Of a DNA stretch of 64,000 nucleotides, positions 58,195 through 64,000 are shown piece after piece. Position numbers and translations under genes: made by a program. This DNA is from Octopus vulgaris (lineage: Eukaryota): NCBI GenBank assembly GCA_951406725.2, contig OX597815.1, positions 26,288,001 through 26,352,000 on the forward strand. The letters run 5' to 3'. The stretch's first letter is position 1, and every line of letters begins with the position of its first letter. The notes under the pieces were generated by a model. It searched no databases, was not told the DNA's origin, and worked only from the letters and a program-made list of their open reading frames with translations.

Positions 58195-58552
58195 CATATA
58201 CATATAAATATATATATTATATATAATAACAATATGAGGGAATATTATTCCAAACTTACAGGGAAAAATATATACGTTTTATTTATTATTTTGCACATTA
58301 CTTAATCATCGTTATATCTTTTATCTTATATTTTAATCCTTCTATATGTAATTTTCTAGATGAATTGATAAAAGGTGTTTTTTACTAATTTATATATATA
58401 TATATATATTATATTTTTTATAATTAATATATCTATTATTTATTTATATGTGTGTGTGTGTACATATATATATATATATACATTCATAGATTAATACACA
58501 AATACAAACCCATTTATACATACATATATACATATATATATATATGTATATA

Positions 58553-58613
<61 letters not shown>

Positions 58614-58646
58614 ACATATATATATATACATACATATATGTATATA

Positions 58647-58783
<137 letters not shown>

Positions 58784-59340
58784 TAGATATAGATACATAT
58801 ATGTATGTATATGTATGTATATATCTAAATTTGTTACAAGGGTTTAATAGAGTCTAACCACTTCAAGTAGGACGCCAGAAATGGTTAGGTACGATAACAT
58901 ACAGGCCATAGTTAGGTAAACAACAAAGAATGTATCACGTGTATGAAGGATACTGTAGATCTGTAATTATCATACAATTGAAACCGGGGGTCCCACTCTA
59001 TGGTTGGTACCTAAATTTTTCATGTTCAGTTCTCTACACATACACATGTGTGTGTATGTCTGTCTGTATAATATAGATATACATATATATGAAGAATGAA
59101 GAAGTCGGACTCCCGTTAGACACGCACACACATTTATATATATATGTGTGTGTGTGTGTGCGTGCAAGCAGCATATATCTATATATATATAAATATACGT
59201 ATATATATATATATCCGAAATTACTACGATGATCCGGTTCTTGACTGAAGACTGAGGGCTTCGAATGTCCTGTCTGTGTTTGTTGTATCGTCTTCTAAAT
59301 GTTATGCGTTCTTGTCCCAGTTTGTATTTTTCTACATATC

Positions 59341-59385
<45 letters not shown>

Positions 59386-59605
59386 ATATCTATATCTATC
59401 TGTATCTGTACATCTCTATGTCCTTCTATATATATATGTTTGTGCGTGTATATATATATATATATATAATTCCGAGACACCCACTACAGGTGGTTTGCAA
59501 TGTGTTATATTCATCATATATATATTACATATATTATATTAATAAATTATATACATTAGGTTATATTGCATTACATTATGTTGTATTTCATATATTCATA
59601 CTTCG

Positions 59606-59663
<58 letters not shown>

Positions 59664-59843
59664 CACACACACTTTATATATACATATATATATACAAATT
59701 TATATACACGTATATATGTGCGTGTGCACGTAAGTGTGTGTAAATATATATATATATATACAAATATATATATATATACAAATATATATATATATTTGTG
59801 TATGTATATATATTTATATGTATATATCCGTATATATGTATAC

Positions 59844-59896
<53 letters not shown>

Positions 59897-60124
59897 GTAT
59901 ATATATACATACATACATATATATATATTCATATATATGTGTATATATGTATATATATATATGTATATATGTATATATGATATATAAATATGCATAAACA
60001 TAGAATATAAAATGTATGCACATATATACACACACAATTATATATATAGGGGGGTGTATATATAAGGAAATAGAAATATTAATATATATATTTATACATA
60101 TATTTGTGTGGGTATGTCTGCGCG

Positions 60125-60167
<43 letters not shown>

Positions 60168-61373
60168 GTATGTATATATATGTATATATGAATTTATATA
60201 TATATAAATTTATATATATATATATGTGTGTGTGCGTGTGTGTGTGTGTGTGTGTATGTAAAAACACACACAGACCTACACCGCACTGAAATAAGGGAAC
60301 ATTGAAATTGCGCGTGTCAATCGCGTTTATAAGCGTATTGTGGAAATATAAGTATTAATTTTATGCGAATATGCTCTGTGCATCCGCATTTGATATTCAT
60401 CTTTTATTACATATATACATATGCATACGTAAGTATATACATACATACAACATGCATACATACATACATACATACATACATACATACATACATACATACA
60501 TACATACACACATATATGTATATATATATATATATATGTATGTTGTCTCAGTCATTCCAGAAGCCTAAATGAGTCGGGTTAGCGTTAGGGGCCTGCGAAA
60601 CTCGAAGTATCACAGAATCGAATCAAACTATCTGTGATATATATGTATATGTATGCATGTATGTATGCATGTATGTATGTATGTATGTATGTATGTATTT
60701 ATGTATGTATGTATCTACATGCTCATGCAAAACTAACCGTATGTATGTTTGCATGACTATATATAATCACCAGGTTAACATCTGATAGTAATATAATATC
60801 TATTTAATAATATTACATTTAGCATTACTGATTATAACTATAAACCTAATTTATGAAATAATGAAAGAAAATCATATGAAAATACTCGCTTTACTCAAGG
60901 AAATTCGTTTCGTTAGGTATGTGTCTGCTTCTTATTTTCTCTCACTCATTCTACCTCTATCTGTCTGAAAATATAAATAGATATGTTTAACAATGTTTAA
61001 TTACTTTTATTTCCTCGAGAATCAATTATTGTATTTGTTTATCAATAGTACTTGAGATAGTTACAAATGTTTATGATATTAGTTTGCATACATACATATA
61101 CACACAAATACACACACATCTACTTATATACATCCACAGATATACATGCGTAGATACTACCATATATGCATGTAGTGATATGTGGGTGTTTAAGTATGCA
61201 TGCATGTATGTATACATGTATGTACGTCCGTGTGCATGCTATTGTGCATGTGTATATGTACGTATATAAAGAAACATTTATAAATATACATGCATGTGTC
61301 TGCTCGCACGTACGAGTATACACATCTACACATCTCTGTTTGTGTACGTAATTTCCTTTATATGACTGTATAC

Positions 61374-61425
<52 letters not shown>

Positions 61426-61436
61426 GTATATATATG

Positions 61437-61480
<44 letters not shown>

Positions 61481-61499
61481 AACATATATATATATGTAT

Positions 61500-61536
<37 letters not shown>

Positions 61537-61581
61537 AGCAATTGCGATTTGGATTTTATGTATATATATACATACCCACAA

Positions 61582-61629
<48 letters not shown>

Positions 61630-61960
61630 TCATATATATATAAGAGCATGGCAGAATAAAACAATAGGGCACAAATCTTTAATTCAGTTATCTTCTTGTT
61701 GTCGGTGGGGCTACGTCCTCCACTGACGTACCAATAGCAGATACTGCTATATGCCTTCATTTATCAAGGAAACCTCGATGATGAGACAATTGTTTTACTA
61801 ATACAAAAACTGTTCCTACTCAAAGGTGTGTCAACAAACACCGCTTACATATTTAGAGGTGTGTGGGTGTGCGTGTGTGTGTGTGCATGTGTGTGTATGC
61901 TTACGCGTATATGTATAGGCCAGAATATCTCCAGATCACACCTATTCTCTCTCTCTCTCG

Positions 61961-62058
<98 letters not shown>

Positions 62059-62134
62059 TGTTGGAAAATATACATATATAAATATTTATATTGGACAATA
62101 AATAAATAAAGTTTTGTGAAATAAAATATTTACA

Positions 62135-62169
62135 TAGTCGACCGGTTTCGCTTGTGCTAATCAAGACTA
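62135..62169 (-). ncRNA. Minimal hammerhead-like motif, core TTGATTA
   Basis: TAGTC-TTGATTA-GC-ACAA-GC-GAA-ACCGGT-C-GACTA. Palindromic stem III typical of PLE hammerheads. Confidence 0.6.
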
Positions 62170-62261
62170 AGACGTTAGTGATTATGTTACAGTTTCATGT
62201 TATCAAAATAAGCTTTCATTCCATGTTAGTAGGAAGATGGATGCATATATAAATATATATG

Positions 62262-62317
<56 letters not shown>

Positions 62318-62429
62318 TGTATATACACACAAACACAAATGTACAATCCTAATCATATGCTGATTACTCTACTTCTTTCCGTTCTAATACCCATATTTCC
62401 ATCTCTTTATACTTCTATACACACACATA

Positions 62430-62494
<65 letters not shown>

Positions 62495-62683
62495 GTGCAT
62501 GCATGTATGTATAATGTATATGTATTGTTTGTCCAGGAATGGAAACCACTATCTTACAATCATGAGTGCAACACCTTTAAACACAAAGTCACATGCCTCC
62601 AAGTAGAAACGTACACGCATACATACATACAACTTACATACATATTTACATACATACATGCGTACATTTATAACTGTAGGTGC

Positions 62684-62749
<66 letters not shown>

Positions 62750-63487
62750 ATGTATGTATGCATACACACATAGATTACTGTGTCTATATTTCTACATTTG
62801 TACGCATAACATTGTCTGTTTTCAACCTGTCTCGGTATTTATCGTTTCGGTTTTATAATAATAAAAATTACCAGTTGTTACATTTAAAAACTATAAATGC
62901 TAATCACATTTGCGATCAGCTGCCTTTCACTAATTGGAAAACAAATAAATAATTATCTACATCTCTAAACTTACACTTTTATATTTTTGACAGACAGTTT
63001 ATAGAACTCTTGTGGAGGCACGCCTACATTTTGCCTGCCTTTTAATCTTAGTGTATTCATGTTTGCATCTCTATACAAATGTATCTGCGTACATATGAGT
63101 GTAGAGTCACGCACACACACACACATATATATACTTGTATATGTATACAATTATATACAAATATATATTTTATATGTATACACATACACACACATGCATA
63201 CATGCAAACATACATGCATATATACATACATACATACATACATACATACATACATACATACATACATACATACATACATACGTACATACATACACATAAC
63301 CAGAAATGGCTCTGACGAAAGTAGCATTAATTTTTTTTTAGGTCATTCAATTTTTCTCAGTTGATTAATAGACCAGTTGAGTAAACCGATCAGTAATGTA
63401 CCTATAATGATACTGGAAACAGCTGTAAGCCAAATTTGCTCCAATAAAGGAAAGATATGTAATGACCATTACTTTTATTTTTTTACT

Positions 63488-63555
<68 letters not shown>

Positions 63556-63745
63556 AGAGAGAGAGAGGAAAACACAGAGGGCACACAACACACATATGCA
63601 CACACAAACATGCACATACCTTGTTAATAGCAAGAGTAAGCCCTAAATCATATTGTACGGACAATATTTAACATATTTATATATCTGCGTACATCCAAGT
63701 ACATAACTCCATATATAGATATTTGCAAATACAATAATGTACATA

Positions 63746-63804
<59 letters not shown>

Positions 63805-64000
63805 GAATTAGAGATAAAACCATTATTAGGCAACTCAAACAGTGATAGACATAAACCAATACATAAATAACAAATAATATAAATATAATTAATATAATAT
63901 ATGATATATAGTGAAATTTGATTTAATCCTAAATCTAATTTTTCCCTGTAAGTTTGGACCCATACTCCCTAATATTATTATTATTTATATATATATATAT

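Noticed and set aside
59215-59275. CTGAnGA conserved in the 22615/43567/59215 family as a hammerhead
   Set aside because: CTGAAGA/CTGATGA/CTGAGGA is conserved, but I could not build consistent stems with a GAAA in type I or II topology.
60565-60620. GAAACT-CGA-AGT-A hammerhead half-motif
   Set aside because: No proper CUGAnGA and no stem I.

Overview
AT-rich eukaryotic DNA saturated with microsatellites ((TA)n, (CA)n, (TATG)n, (GATA)n). The tRNA-derived SINE families look like those of octopus (cephalopod origin inferred, not proven). I find no intact host gene; nearly all supplied ORFs are microsatellite or SINE artefacts. Recognisable transposon content: a HERO-type non-LTR 3' end, a decayed full-length Tc1, mariner, Chapaev-3-like and CR1-like remnants, two tandem non-autonomous Helitrons, a hAT MITE, a Helentron/HINE interrupted by an ORF1-only (HAL1-like) zinc-knuckle retroelement, and four SINE families. 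The most striking signal is a set of type I hammerhead-ribozyme folds (two clean, one head-to-head pair, several degenerate, one family with a non-canonical core). They sit in short, mutually unrelated inserts abutting (TA)n tracts, as expected for Penelope-like pLTR or retrozyme remnants. The window also has many foldback palindromes and locally templated insertions, including a ~3.5 kb multi-switch inverted rearrangement at 45.9-49.4 kb. All folds and alignments were done by eye.
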